From IMG/VR virus record IMGVR_UViG_3300044723_003200: 64,000 nucleotides of DNA; one strand, written 5' to 3'. Origin of the DNA: an uncultured virus (IMG/VR IMGVR_UViG_3300044723_003200) (Duplodnaviria > Heunggongvirae > Uroviricota > Caudoviricetes). Of this stretch, positions 45,155-54,265 are shown in pieces. The notes beneath the pieces are model-generated. The model worked only from the letters and a program-made list of their open reading frames with translations. It had not been told where the DNA came from and did no database searches. Position 1 is the stretch's first letter. Each line of letters opens with the position of its first letter. Both the position numbers and the translations under genes were made by a program.

Positions 45155-48100
45155 ATGCCAAATACATTTACTTCTAACGTATTCTCGTCCACATATAAGG
45201 ATGATTTTGTTGATAGTGACAACTATCATCGAATACTGTTTAATAGTGGTCGTGCTCTACAAGCACGAGAACTTACTCAGTTACAAACAATCATCCAAGA
45301 AGAGATTGCAAGATTTGGACGAAATATCTTCACCGAAGGTGCTGCGGTAAATCCAGGCGGGCCTAGCATTACTAGCGACTACGAGTTTATCAAACTAAAC
45401 ACCGCAACTAATGTATTACCTGATGATACTGATACGTTACTGAATACAGAGTTTACTGGACAGTCTTCTGCGATCAAGGCTCGAGTTATCGAAGTGGTCG
45501 CTGCTGAAGGTAGTGATCCAGCCACTCTGTACGTACAATACACGAATACTTCCAGTGGTACTCTAGGCAGTACTCCAATTCGTATGAGTGCGGGTGAGGA
45601 CATCTCAAACGGTACGGTGACTCTTACCGTACAATCAACAAACACTGTTGCAAACCCCGCGATTGGACAAGGATGTAAAATCAGTAGTGCCGCTGGTGAT
45701 TTCTTCACTCGTGGCCACTTTGTGTTTTCTCCGCCACAGGGATTGATTCTTTCAAAGTATACTAGGTTTCCCACTGCTGTTGTTGGTTTCAAAACAACGG
45801 AAGACATTGTCACGGTATCAGACGATCAAGCACTGTACGACAATCAAGGGGCAACCCCCAACTTATCTTCGCCTGGCGCAGACCGTTATCGCATCAGACT
45901 GGAATTGACAACCGAAGATCTTATCACTGGGGACGATAACTTTCTATATTACTGTGATGTTGTAGAAGGTAATATTGTTGATCAAGTAACGGGTTTCGAT
46001 GATTATAGCGCGCCCAATGAGTTAGTAGCGCGAAGGACGTTTGAAGAGTCCGGTAACTATATTGCACAAGACTTTACTGTGAATCTTGTTGACTCTGACA
46101 CTAATATGCAAGCCAATGTATCGGACGGTGTTGCCTATATCAACGGGTATCGAGCGCACGCTGAACAACCAACCGCTCTTGTTATTGCGAAACCACGAAC
46201 CACGACCACTATTGAAAACGAGGTTGCTGGTATTACCTATGGTCAGTATCTCATTTGTGGTACGTTGGAAGGTAAGTTGGATGTAAGCACTTTTGAGACG
46301 CTCAATCTTCGTGACGCGGTAAATCATGGCGGTTCTACCATTGGTACTGCAAGGGTGCGTTACGTCGAAGAAGACGGAGCAAACTTCCGTGTATACATCT
46401 TCGACATTAGGATGAATTCTGGTCAGGTATTTCGTAATGTAAAATCTCTAGGTACTGGTACGGCCGACTTTGCCAACCCAATCTTAGAATCAGGTAAGGC
46501 GGTAATCAAAGAGGCTGGTAAGAACAATCTAGTATATCCTTTGCCTAGGTCTAGACCCCGATCTATCACCGATGTAGACTTTGAGGTTCAACGTCTTTTC
46601 ACCGGAACCACCAATGGTTCTGGTAGTCTGACACTTTCTCTGTCTACCTCTGGTGAGACTTTTTCTAATACTAGTCAATGGATGGTCACGGTAGACTCTT
46701 CTGGTGATGTGGTTAGTGCGGGATCTCCGAGTGGAGCAGGTACGGCTTCTACCACAATATCAGGTCTTCCCACCAGCAGCGCCGTTACGGTCTACGCCAA
46801 AGTAAACAAAGCATCTCCTTCTGTTCGACAGAAGACCTTGGTCGAGACCACGTATAACAACACTGGTGTAGAATCAGACGGATCTGGCACCAAGTTTGTG
46901 GATCTACACGCTACTGATGTTGCAGTAGTATTTGCTATCAAACAAACGGATTCGGACGGTGAGGATTTATCTCACTTGTTTACTGTTGACAACGGTCAAC
47001 GAGCCGGGTACTATGATAATGCTCGTCTAATCCTATCGGGTGATGCAACAGCTCCTACTGGCGGAATCTTCTGTAGATTTATGCATTTCACTCATGGTGC
47101 TGGTGATTACTTCTCAGTAAACTCCTACACGGGTCAGACTGAATATGAATTCATTCCTTCATTCCAGACAGGGCCACGATCTTCTGTGAACCTACGTGAT
47201 GTCATCGACTTCCGTTCTTCGGTTGACTCTGATGGTCTATTCTCTGGTTCTGGTGCTGCTGTAAATGAAGTACCGACTACGGGCGACATCTTCCAAGGGG
47301 ATATAGAATATTATCTGCCTCGTTCAGACAAAATTGTAATCAACGAAGCGGGAGAGGTAAAGAACATTTTGGGTCAGCCCGGATTCTCTTCTCAGATTCC
47401 GCCTACACCCGAAAACACCTTACCATTGTTTGAATTAGAACACAACGCATATGGTCTTCATGACTCAGATACCGTTGTGACTCCTATTCTTGCAAAGCGT
47501 TATACGATGAAAGACATCTCTCAACTTGAAGAACGTATCGACAAGTTGGAAGAAGTAACCTCTTTGAGTCTGCTTGAAGTTGAGACATCTACCTTATTGG
47601 TTTTGGACTCTGATGGTAACAACCGTGTCAAGTCTGGTTTCTTTGTGGATAACTTCAAGGACAGAGCATTCTCTGACGTAGAAAATAAAGAATACCGTGC
47701 AGGTATTGAACCCGCCAAGGGATTCTTGTCCACCCCAACGTGGGAAGATAATGTTGCTCTGGTGTATGATAGTGATGCGTCTTCAAATACCATTTTGAAG
47801 GGCGATACGGTATTCCTTAACTATGGTCATAAAGTTGCTATTAAGCAAAACAAGATCTCTGGTGTAGAGAATCTTAATCCATTCGCAGTTATTACTGGTG
47901 AGGGTAACATTACGCTTTCACCCGCTTCTGATGAATGGATACAAACTAAGTACAAGCCTGCAAATGTCATTTCCAAATCACAAACAGAGACTCTCACCGA
48001 TCTGAATGAGGGAACTCTCTCTGACGGTACTGCTGCAAGGAGAGGTTTCCAAGAGTTAGAAAACCGATGGGTTTGGACAGAAGGCACATATGTTCCAGTA

Positions 48101-50542
48101 CTAGGCGCTGGTAACCCTAGTTTTTCTGTGGCTGGATTGGCGGGTGTCGTTGATGTAAACCCCGGCAATGAGATGGGTCAAGGTGGTTTGGTAGGCCTTG
48201 ATCCTCTCCTGCTGACGAGAGGATCTTTTGGAATTGGTTCTGGTGGAGGCGGTGGAGCCTATCATCCGTATGCGTACCCAGAAGTGGGTGATGACTTTGC
48301 CCACGCTGGGGGTGGATATCGCACGCCAGGCACATGGAACTGGCATGGTAACGACCAACAGAGAACATCGAATGGTATCAACCAATCAAATGTAGCGATC
48401 TCACGACAAGGTGAATACACCTATGCTACTCGTAAATTCTCTCAACAAATCGTGACGGGTGATCGTACTATTCGCAAAGTAGTTGGGAATAAGAGCGTAT
48501 CGTTGACATTCTTGCCGTTCATTCGTTCAAGGGTAATTTCATTCAGAGCAGAAGGTCTGAAACCCAATACCCAATTCTTCCCATTCTTTGATGGTAAGGA
48601 TGTGAGTGCGTGGTGTCGCGAAGAAACATTTACTCGCTACGCAACGACCGTCGGTGGAGAGAATTATACGGGTAATCAGTACCGTAAATCTTTGGAACAC
48701 CCAGCTGGTAAGAGTGATCTAATCTCAAATGCCAATGGCGAGATCAGTGGTTCTTTCTTTATCCCATCAGGGCCTGCACGACGATTCCGAGCTGGTACTC
48801 GTACATTCAAGTTACTTGATATCAACCGAGACAATGATGCGGCGTCTATTTCTCGTGCTTCTGCCAACTATACTGCACAAGGCACTTTGGATACTAGACA
48901 GAAGACCGTAACATCGACTCGTGTCGTTCAAGTTAGGACTCGTAGGTGGACAGAAACTACCAAGGTCAAGAACCGTGATCCGTTGGCACAGTCATTCACT
49001 GTGACCAAACCAGCGGGTATGTATGTGACCAAGGTTCAGGCCTACTTCAAGAAGAAGGATGATATTGTTCCGGTTGAACTACAGATTCGACCCATGGTCA
49101 ACGGTGCGCCTTCAGCAACTGAAGTCATCGCTAATGCAAGTAAGTTCTTGAATCCTAGTTCAGTGAATTTGCCTGCATCTCAGACACAGGCTGCGGTACT
49201 TGCTGCACCGACTACCTTTGAGTTTGATGAACCAATCTTCTTGAACCCCAATACAGACTACTGTATTGTCTTGTTGACTGACTGCAACAACTACGAAGCA
49301 TATGTCGCAGAGACCTATTCGTTTGAACTTGGTTCTACCGAGAAGAGGATCTCTCGTCAACCGTCTCTGGGATCTCTATTCAAATCTCAAAACGGTAAGA
49401 CTTGGGAACCTGATCAAACCAAGGATCTTGCATTCCAGATCTTCCAAGCCGAGTTTGACACTACTGGTGGTTATGCGGTATTTGAAAATGGCGCGGTTGA
49501 AAAGAATGACTGTCGTAGAAATCCGTTCTATGTCTCGAATGCTGATGCGACCATAACTCTAATCATGCCGAACCACGGATATGATGTGGGTGATACGGTT
49601 ACTATTACAGGACTTGATTCAGCGGAAACCTACAATGGTATGTTAGGAACGAGTGTACTTGGTGATCGAACTGTTACTGAGGTTGATGGATTCGGATTGC
49701 GATTTGAAGCCGACTCTGCCTCTACATCAGCAGGTAGATTCGGTGGTGATAATGTTGTCGCGGATCGTCAAATTCAGTTTGATGCCATGATTCCGAACTT
49801 CACGACTTTGTTACCGGATGATACTACTGTATCGTACTCAGCTAAGTTTACGACAGGTAAGTCTCTTGCTGCAATCACTGGTGGACAGACTCGTTATCAA
49901 AAGGATGCTGACTATAGTTCTGAGATCGTAGTGGGTGGAGAGAACTACTTCTCTGCTCCGCGACTTGTTGCTAAAAGATCAAACGAAACCGCAAACCTTG
50001 GTGCTGGAGTCAAGTCTACCTCATTCAAGATAGACATGAATACAACCCGTAGTGATGTGTCTCCTATCATTGACGGTCAGAGAGCTTCGGTGACTACGAT
50101 CAATAACTTGATCGACAATCAGGCGGCCGTTGCGGCAAGTGGATTCAATGTTCCGTTGACCTTCACCGATGAGACTGCATCATTTGGTGGATCATCACTT
50201 GCGAAACATATCACTTCGGTAATTCGTCTCGAAGCAGACGCTATCGGACTGAAGGTTCTACTATCAGCAGTAAGACCTAATGGAGCAGACTTTGATCTGT
50301 ACTATCGTGTCGCTAATGATGGTGAGGATATCTTCACTAATGATTATGTGTTGCAAGAGGCAGAAAACACTGTAGCACCAGATGGATTCAACTTCCGCGA
50401 TTATCGTTATTTGATTGGTGGAGCTGAAGGATTTACAGATCAGGCATTTACTCAGTACCAACTGAAGATTGTCATGCGGTCTAATAACTCCTCGGCAGTT
50501 CCGATATTCAAAGACCTTCGTGCGATTGCTCTGGCAGTATAA
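45155..50542 (+). CDS. Large virion structural protein (VrlC/DUF4815-like)
   Basis: Y.DDF....NYHRILF..G..LQARELTQLQ, PGADR, ARRT.EESG.Y, K.GFFVDNF, DPLAQSF, GSLFKSQN..TW...Q..DL.F, P..KDLR.IALA. Confidence 0.85.
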   Translation: MPNTFTSNVFSSTYKDDFVDSDNYHRILFNSGRALQARELTQLQTIIQEEIARFGRNIFTEGAAVNPGGPSITSDYEFIKLNTATNVLPDDTDTLLNTEFTGQSSAIKARVIEVVAAEGSDPATLYVQYTNTSSGTLGSTPIRMSAGEDISNGTVTLTVQSTNTVANPAIGQGCKISSAAGDFFTRGHFVFSPPQGLILSKYTRFPTAVVGFKTTEDIVTVSDDQALYDNQGATPNLSSPGADRYRIRLELTTEDLITGDDNFLYYCDVVEGNIVDQVTGFDDYSAPNELVARRTFEESGNYIAQDFTVNLVDSDTNMQANVSDGVAYINGYRAHAEQPTALVIAKPRTTTTIENEVAGITYGQYLICGTLEGKLDVSTFETLNLRDAVNHGGSTIGTARVRYVEEDGANFRVYIFDIRMNSGQVFRNVKSLGTGTADFANPILESGKAVIKEAGKNNLVYPLPRSRPRSITDVDFEVQRLFTGTTNGSGSLTLSLSTSGETFSNTSQWMVTVDSSGDVVSAGSPSGAGTASTTISGLPTSSAVTVYAKVNKASPSVRQKTLVETTYNNTGVESDGSGTKFVDLHATDVAVVFAIKQTDSDGEDLSHLFTVDNGQRAGYYDNARLILSGDATAPTGGIFCRFMHFTHGAGDYFSVNSYTGQTEYEFIPSFQTGPRSSVNLRDVIDFRSSVDSDGLFSGSGAAVNEVPTTGDIFQGDIEYYLPRSDKIVINEAGEVKNILGQPGFSSQIPPTPENTLPLFELEHNAYGLHDSDTVVTPILAKRYTMKDISQLEERIDKLEEVTSLSLLEVETSTLLVLDSDGNNRVKSGFFVDNFKDRAFSDVENKEYRAGIEPAKGFLSTPTWEDNVALVYDSDASSNTILKGDTVFLNYGHKVAIKQNKISGVENLNPFAVITGEGNITLSPASDEWIQTKYKPANVISKSQTETLTDLNEGTLSDGTAARRGFQELENRWVWTEGTYVPVLGAGNPSFSVAGLAGVVDVNPGNEMGQGGLVGLDPLLLTRGSFGIGSGGGGGAYHPYAYPEVGDDFAHAGGGYRTPGTWNWHGNDQQRTSNGINQSNVAISRQGEYTYATRKFSQQIVTGDRTIRKVVGNKSVSLTFLPFIRSRVISFRAEGLKPNTQFFPFFDGKDVSAWCREETFTRYATTVGGENYTGNQYRKSLEHPAGKSDLISNANGEISGSFFIPSGPARRFRAGTRTFKLLDINRDNDAASISRASANYTAQGTLDTRQKTVTSTRVVQVRTRRWTETTKVKNRDPLAQSFTVTKPAGMYVTKVQAYFKKKDDIVPVELQIRPMVNGAPSATEVIANASKFLNPSSVNLPASQTQAAVLAAPTTFEFDEPIFLNPNTDYCIVLLTDCNNYEAYVAETYSFELGSTEKRISRQPSLGSLFKSQNGKTWEPDQTKDLAFQIFQAEFDTTGGYAVFENGAVEKNDCRRNPFYVSNADATITLIMPNHGYDVGDTVTITGLDSAETYNGMLGTSVLGDRTVTEVDGFGLRFEADSASTSAGRFGGDNVVADRQIQFDAMIPNFTTLLPDDTTVSYSAKFTTGKSLAAITGGQTRYQKDADYSSEIVVGGENYFSAPRLVAKRSNETANLGAGVKSTSFKIDMNTTRSDVSPIIDGQRASVTTINNLIDNQAAVAASGFNVPLTFTDETASFGGSSLAKHITSVIRLEADAIGLKVLLSAVRPNGADFDLYYRVANDGEDIFTNDYVLQEAENTVAPDGFNFRDYRYLIGGAEGFTDQAFTQYQLKIVMRSNNSSAVPIFKDLRAIALAV

Positions 50543-50754
50543 TGGCGATCAAGAAGCTGATAAGCGTTAGTGGGTCGGATGGATTGGCACGAGATCCATC
50601 CACTGGTGCTATTGTTAATATAAATAAAGAAGAGATAGTGAACGCTCGTGCGGCAAAGAAACGAAGAAAAGAAAAAGATAGAGAGTTGCAAGAGTTAAAG
50701 AATGAAGTCGGTGAGATAAAAGAACTCCTCAATAAACTAGTAGAGAAACTGTAA
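50542..50754 (+). CDS. Small coiled-coil protein
   Basis: L.RD..TGAIVN, ELKNEV.EIK.LL; recalled as usual after the VrlC-like gene. Confidence 0.7.
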   Translation: MAIKKLISVSGSDGLARDPSTGAIVNINKEEIVNARAAKKRRKEKDRELQELKNEVGEIKELLNKLVEKL

Positions 50755-52227
50755 ATGGCGACTAATCCTCCGACAAAGACAACGATTCTGGATACGTTCA
50801 CCACCTTGGTGACGAACACAAATACCGTATCGTTAGACTTGGGTGCAACAGGACGTTTGAATACAAACGAAGATTCCTCTGCGGTTGCAGCAATCAACGA
50901 GCTGGAACTGGGTATTCGAGGTACTTCCAATAACCTTGTCGCCACTGATCTTGCAGACTTCACTGCGAATAACATCGTATCTGCGCTGAATGAACTTGAC
51001 AGTGACCTCCATGGATCTGGTGGTGGTAATGCCAAGGCAGACCTCACCACGAATGCAAAAGCAATCGTGGACGGTATCAACGAACTTGAAGTAGGTATTC
51101 GAGGAACGTCGAACAATCTGGTCGCAACTGATCTTGCAACGACTGCGAATGATCTTGTAACTGCTGTTAATGAGTTGGACTCTGACATTGGTGCAAGGCC
51201 TCATACCAATCTGACAACCACCGCAAAGACTCTGACTGCTGGTGTGAATGAACTTGACTCCGATATCGGTGTAAGACCTCACACCAACTTAACGACTACT
51301 GCGAAAACATTAACTGGTGCAGTCAATGAACTTGACGCATTACAGGGCAATGTCACGATGGGTACTACTGCATCTACTATTACAGGTGCGGTAAGAGAAC
51401 ATGACCTAGAACTAGGTACGATCACTTCCGGTGCAATGGGAACAAATGCATCTACAGTATCTACTGCCATTGCAGAACTGGATAGTGACCGTGATGTTCT
51501 TATTACTTTTGTTGAACCTAAACAGGCAATCAACACTACTGCAACAACTGTTGCTGACGCAATCAACGAACATGAAGCAGACATTGGTACGGTTGGAAAC
51601 CTGACAACTACTGCAACAAATCTTACTTCTGCTGTTAACGAACTTGATGCGGAACTAGGAACAATTACTGCTGGTGCGATGGGTACTACCGCATCAACCG
51701 TATCCGGTGCAATCTCAGAACTTGAAGTAGAGATTGACACACTCAATACTTTTGTTGAACCTACTCAATCATTGACCACCACCGCGACAACTCTTGCAGA
51801 TGCAATCAATGAGCATGATGCAGAGATTGGTGCGGCTTCACTAAATACTTCAGCAACGACTCTTCGTGGTGCAATCAATGAACTGCACACTGAAGTTGGA
51901 GATGCGATCAGTGGTGATAATCTTACTACGGGTAATATTGGTTCGTCTCTTAATCTACTAGATAGTGCAGTAGGTAATTTAGATAATCTGAATACAGATG
52001 GTTCTATCTCAAACAGAACAGATATTGTAAGAGCGGTTAACTCTCTTGCAGACGATATTGTACTACTAGACTCAGATGCGACACTGAGAGATAGTAGATT
52101 AGGTTCACTAAGTAGTTTAGACGCAGCTTTTGTTGGTTCCGAAAGAGATAATTTTGTCGCTGCATTAAACGCATTGAGAGCGGACATACCACTGATCTTT
52201 GATGAGAATGGAACACAACTTAACTAA
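50755..52227 (+). CDS. Fibre/whisker-like repeat protein
   Basis: Many ~23-aa repeats LTTTAxxLxxA(V/I)NEL(D/E)xxIG. Confidence 0.7.
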   Translation: MATNPPTKTTILDTFTTLVTNTNTVSLDLGATGRLNTNEDSSAVAAINELELGIRGTSNNLVATDLADFTANNIVSALNELDSDLHGSGGGNAKADLTTNAKAIVDGINELEVGIRGTSNNLVATDLATTANDLVTAVNELDSDIGARPHTNLTTTAKTLTAGVNELDSDIGVRPHTNLTTTAKTLTGAVNELDALQGNVTMGTTASTITGAVREHDLELGTITSGAMGTNASTVSTAIAELDSDRDVLITFVEPKQAINTTATTVADAINEHEADIGTVGNLTTTATNLTSAVNELDAELGTITAGAMGTTASTVSGAISELEVEIDTLNTFVEPTQSLTTTATTLADAINEHDAEIGAASLNTSATTLRGAINELHTEVGDAISGDNLTTGNIGSSLNLLDSAVGNLDNLNTDGSISNRTDIVRAVNSLADDIVLLDSDATLRDSRLGSLSSLDAAFVGSERDNFVAALNALRADIPLIFDENGTQLN

Positions 52228-52238
52228 TCGGAGAGAAC

Positions 52239-54257
52239 GTGACTGTTCCACTAAAACTAAGAGACAGTGCTGCACCGACAGAACTTCAGGTCTTTACATC
52301 TACTGAAGAGAACTATCTTGCGTATCAGGCTGGACTCCAACTAAGCACCGGTAGTGATGTGGCGGATCTGTATCTCACCGATACAGGCACAAACTACATT
52401 ATCGGTAGTTTCACAGATACGGCATACGATCAGGCTGTTGGTACTGGTGGTAATAATGTTGCTTTGACAACAACAACTACCACGACAAATGTGCGTCAAC
52501 GCCAAGGAACCGCCAGCACAAGTGGCAGTGATTTCCGCATACCTGTAAAACAAGTAATTCAGAGTAATCAATTAAAGATCCTAGAGATGAACTCTTCCGA
52601 TAGAGACACTCTTGTTGATCGTTTGATTTCTCGTATCTTTACTTCAGATTATCCAGGCTCATACAAGCTTGCGACATCTGCTCCGAGTGGTGATTATACA
52701 GAGTATCTGTCAAATGTGATGACAGATACCCGAACTGATGGGACATCTATTCAGTACAACATCTATCGTAGGAATGCAATGACCGCACCTACGAAGGTAT
52801 TGCCTTTCTCAATCAAAAGATCCTCTGGCGCAACGGGAACCTATCAGGGTCTTCAGTTGATGTCTGACGCTCAGGTGAAATATTCTCTTGGTCAGTTAGC
52901 CAAGAATCGTATTGCGTCCTCACAAACTGGGGTAGGTAATTATCGTATCTTCAGTTCTGCTGAAGGTAACCCAGCAGCAAATGGTTTGTCTGGTACTTGG
53001 GTCTCGAAAGGCACTGCAACTGACACTCGTCAACAGATAGTTGATGCAAACTATACTAGAACTCGTTCTTCAAACTACAACAGAACACGAACTTCTACGT
53101 ATACTCGTACCTCTACCAGAACTCGTTCTAGTAACTATGCTCAGGCCTATACAAGAATTCGTTCTAGTGCTTATACCCGAACAAGGTCGAGTAACTATGC
53201 CGGTAATTTTATCGGTGATTTCTTGGGTGACTACACTAGGACATCAACACGTACTCGTACTAGTACCTATACAAGAACCAGTACGCGAACACGAGCCAGT
53301 ACCTATACTGGAACGCTGAGTTATCTTGGTGACTTCATCGGAAACTTTATTGGTGACTTCATTGGTGACTATAGTCGTACCTTTGTAGGCAACTATTCGC
53401 GACTAATTGCAACTGACTACGCTCGCAACTTTACTCGTAACTTTTTTGGTGACTTTCTGGGCAACGCTGGCGCCAGTAACGCATACAGCAGAACATCTGG
53501 TGCTGAATATTACTGGGTGGTGGTTGAGTATCAAACCCTACAAGGTGATGGGTTTACTGTAGATAGTAGTTACTCTGTAGTTTATAACTTGAACGGCACT
53601 GCACGTTTGTTGTTTAGTGGTACTCAAAACACTACCAGTGGAACCGGCATTAACAGTGATGGTTCTTCTCACAGTATTTCAAGAGGAGCTTTAGTATCAA
53701 CGGAAACTTCTGGTGATCCTTTTATCGATGGTTCTGCAACAGTTAGTCGTTACTATCGCATCACCGCATCTGGTACATTCGACTATACACGGGCCTTTTC
53801 GCAAAACTACGCTCGTAACTTTACCGGAACCCGAACTTCTACTTATACACGAAATCGTATTGCATCATACACACGCACCAGCCTTCGAGACTCACTAAGG
53901 ACTTCTACGCGAATCTCTACACGAGAAGTCAACTACTCTCGCAACTTTGCTGGAAACTTTACTGGTGACTATTCTCGAAACTTTGCCGGAGACTTCCTTG
54001 GCAACTATACGAGATTGAGGATTAATGATTCGACAAGAAACTTTGCACGGAATTTTGTGGGTAATTACTCACGAGACTTTGCTGGCAACTACGTAGGGGA
54101 CTACTCTCGCAACTTTGCTGGTGACTACCTTGGAAACTATGCACGTAACTTTGCGGGTAACTATAATCGAACCTTTACGGGTAACTATGCAGGAGACACC
54201 ATAGGCTCCGGCAACGAAAACATTGAGACTTACACTCTCTATGTCAGAACTGCATAA
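52239..54257 (+). CDS. Tetrad-repeat fibre protein A with central 106-aa tip domain
   Basis: N-domain shared with next gene; [YFRS]x[RGS][TND] repeats at 53052-53465 and 53784-54197. Confidence 0.75.
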   Translation: MTVPLKLRDSAAPTELQVFTSTEENYLAYQAGLQLSTGSDVADLYLTDTGTNYIIGSFTDTAYDQAVGTGGNNVALTTTTTTTNVRQRQGTASTSGSDFRIPVKQVIQSNQLKILEMNSSDRDTLVDRLISRIFTSDYPGSYKLATSAPSGDYTEYLSNVMTDTRTDGTSIQYNIYRRNAMTAPTKVLPFSIKRSSGATGTYQGLQLMSDAQVKYSLGQLAKNRIASSQTGVGNYRIFSSAEGNPAANGLSGTWVSKGTATDTRQQIVDANYTRTRSSNYNRTRTSTYTRTSTRTRSSNYAQAYTRIRSSAYTRTRSSNYAGNFIGDFLGDYTRTSTRTRTSTYTRTSTRTRASTYTGTLSYLGDFIGNFIGDFIGDYSRTFVGNYSRLIATDYARNFTRNFFGDFLGNAGASNAYSRTSGAEYYWVVVEYQTLQGDGFTVDSSYSVVYNLNGTARLLFSGTQNTTSGTGINSDGSSHSISRGALVSTETSGDPFIDGSATVSRYYRITASGTFDYTRAFSQNYARNFTGTRTSTYTRNRIASYTRTSLRDSLRTSTRISTREVNYSRNFAGNFTGDYSRNFAGDFLGNYTRLRINDSTRNFARNFVGNYSRDFAGNYVGDYSRNFAGDYLGNYARNFAGNYNRTFTGNYAGDTIGSGNENIETYTLYVRTA

Positions 54258-54265
54258 ATAAAGTT

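Noticed and set aside
50619..50626. TATAAATA inside the 70-aa ORF
   Set aside because: Lies in A/T-rich coding sequence (NINK); it could serve 50755 but cannot be separated from chance.
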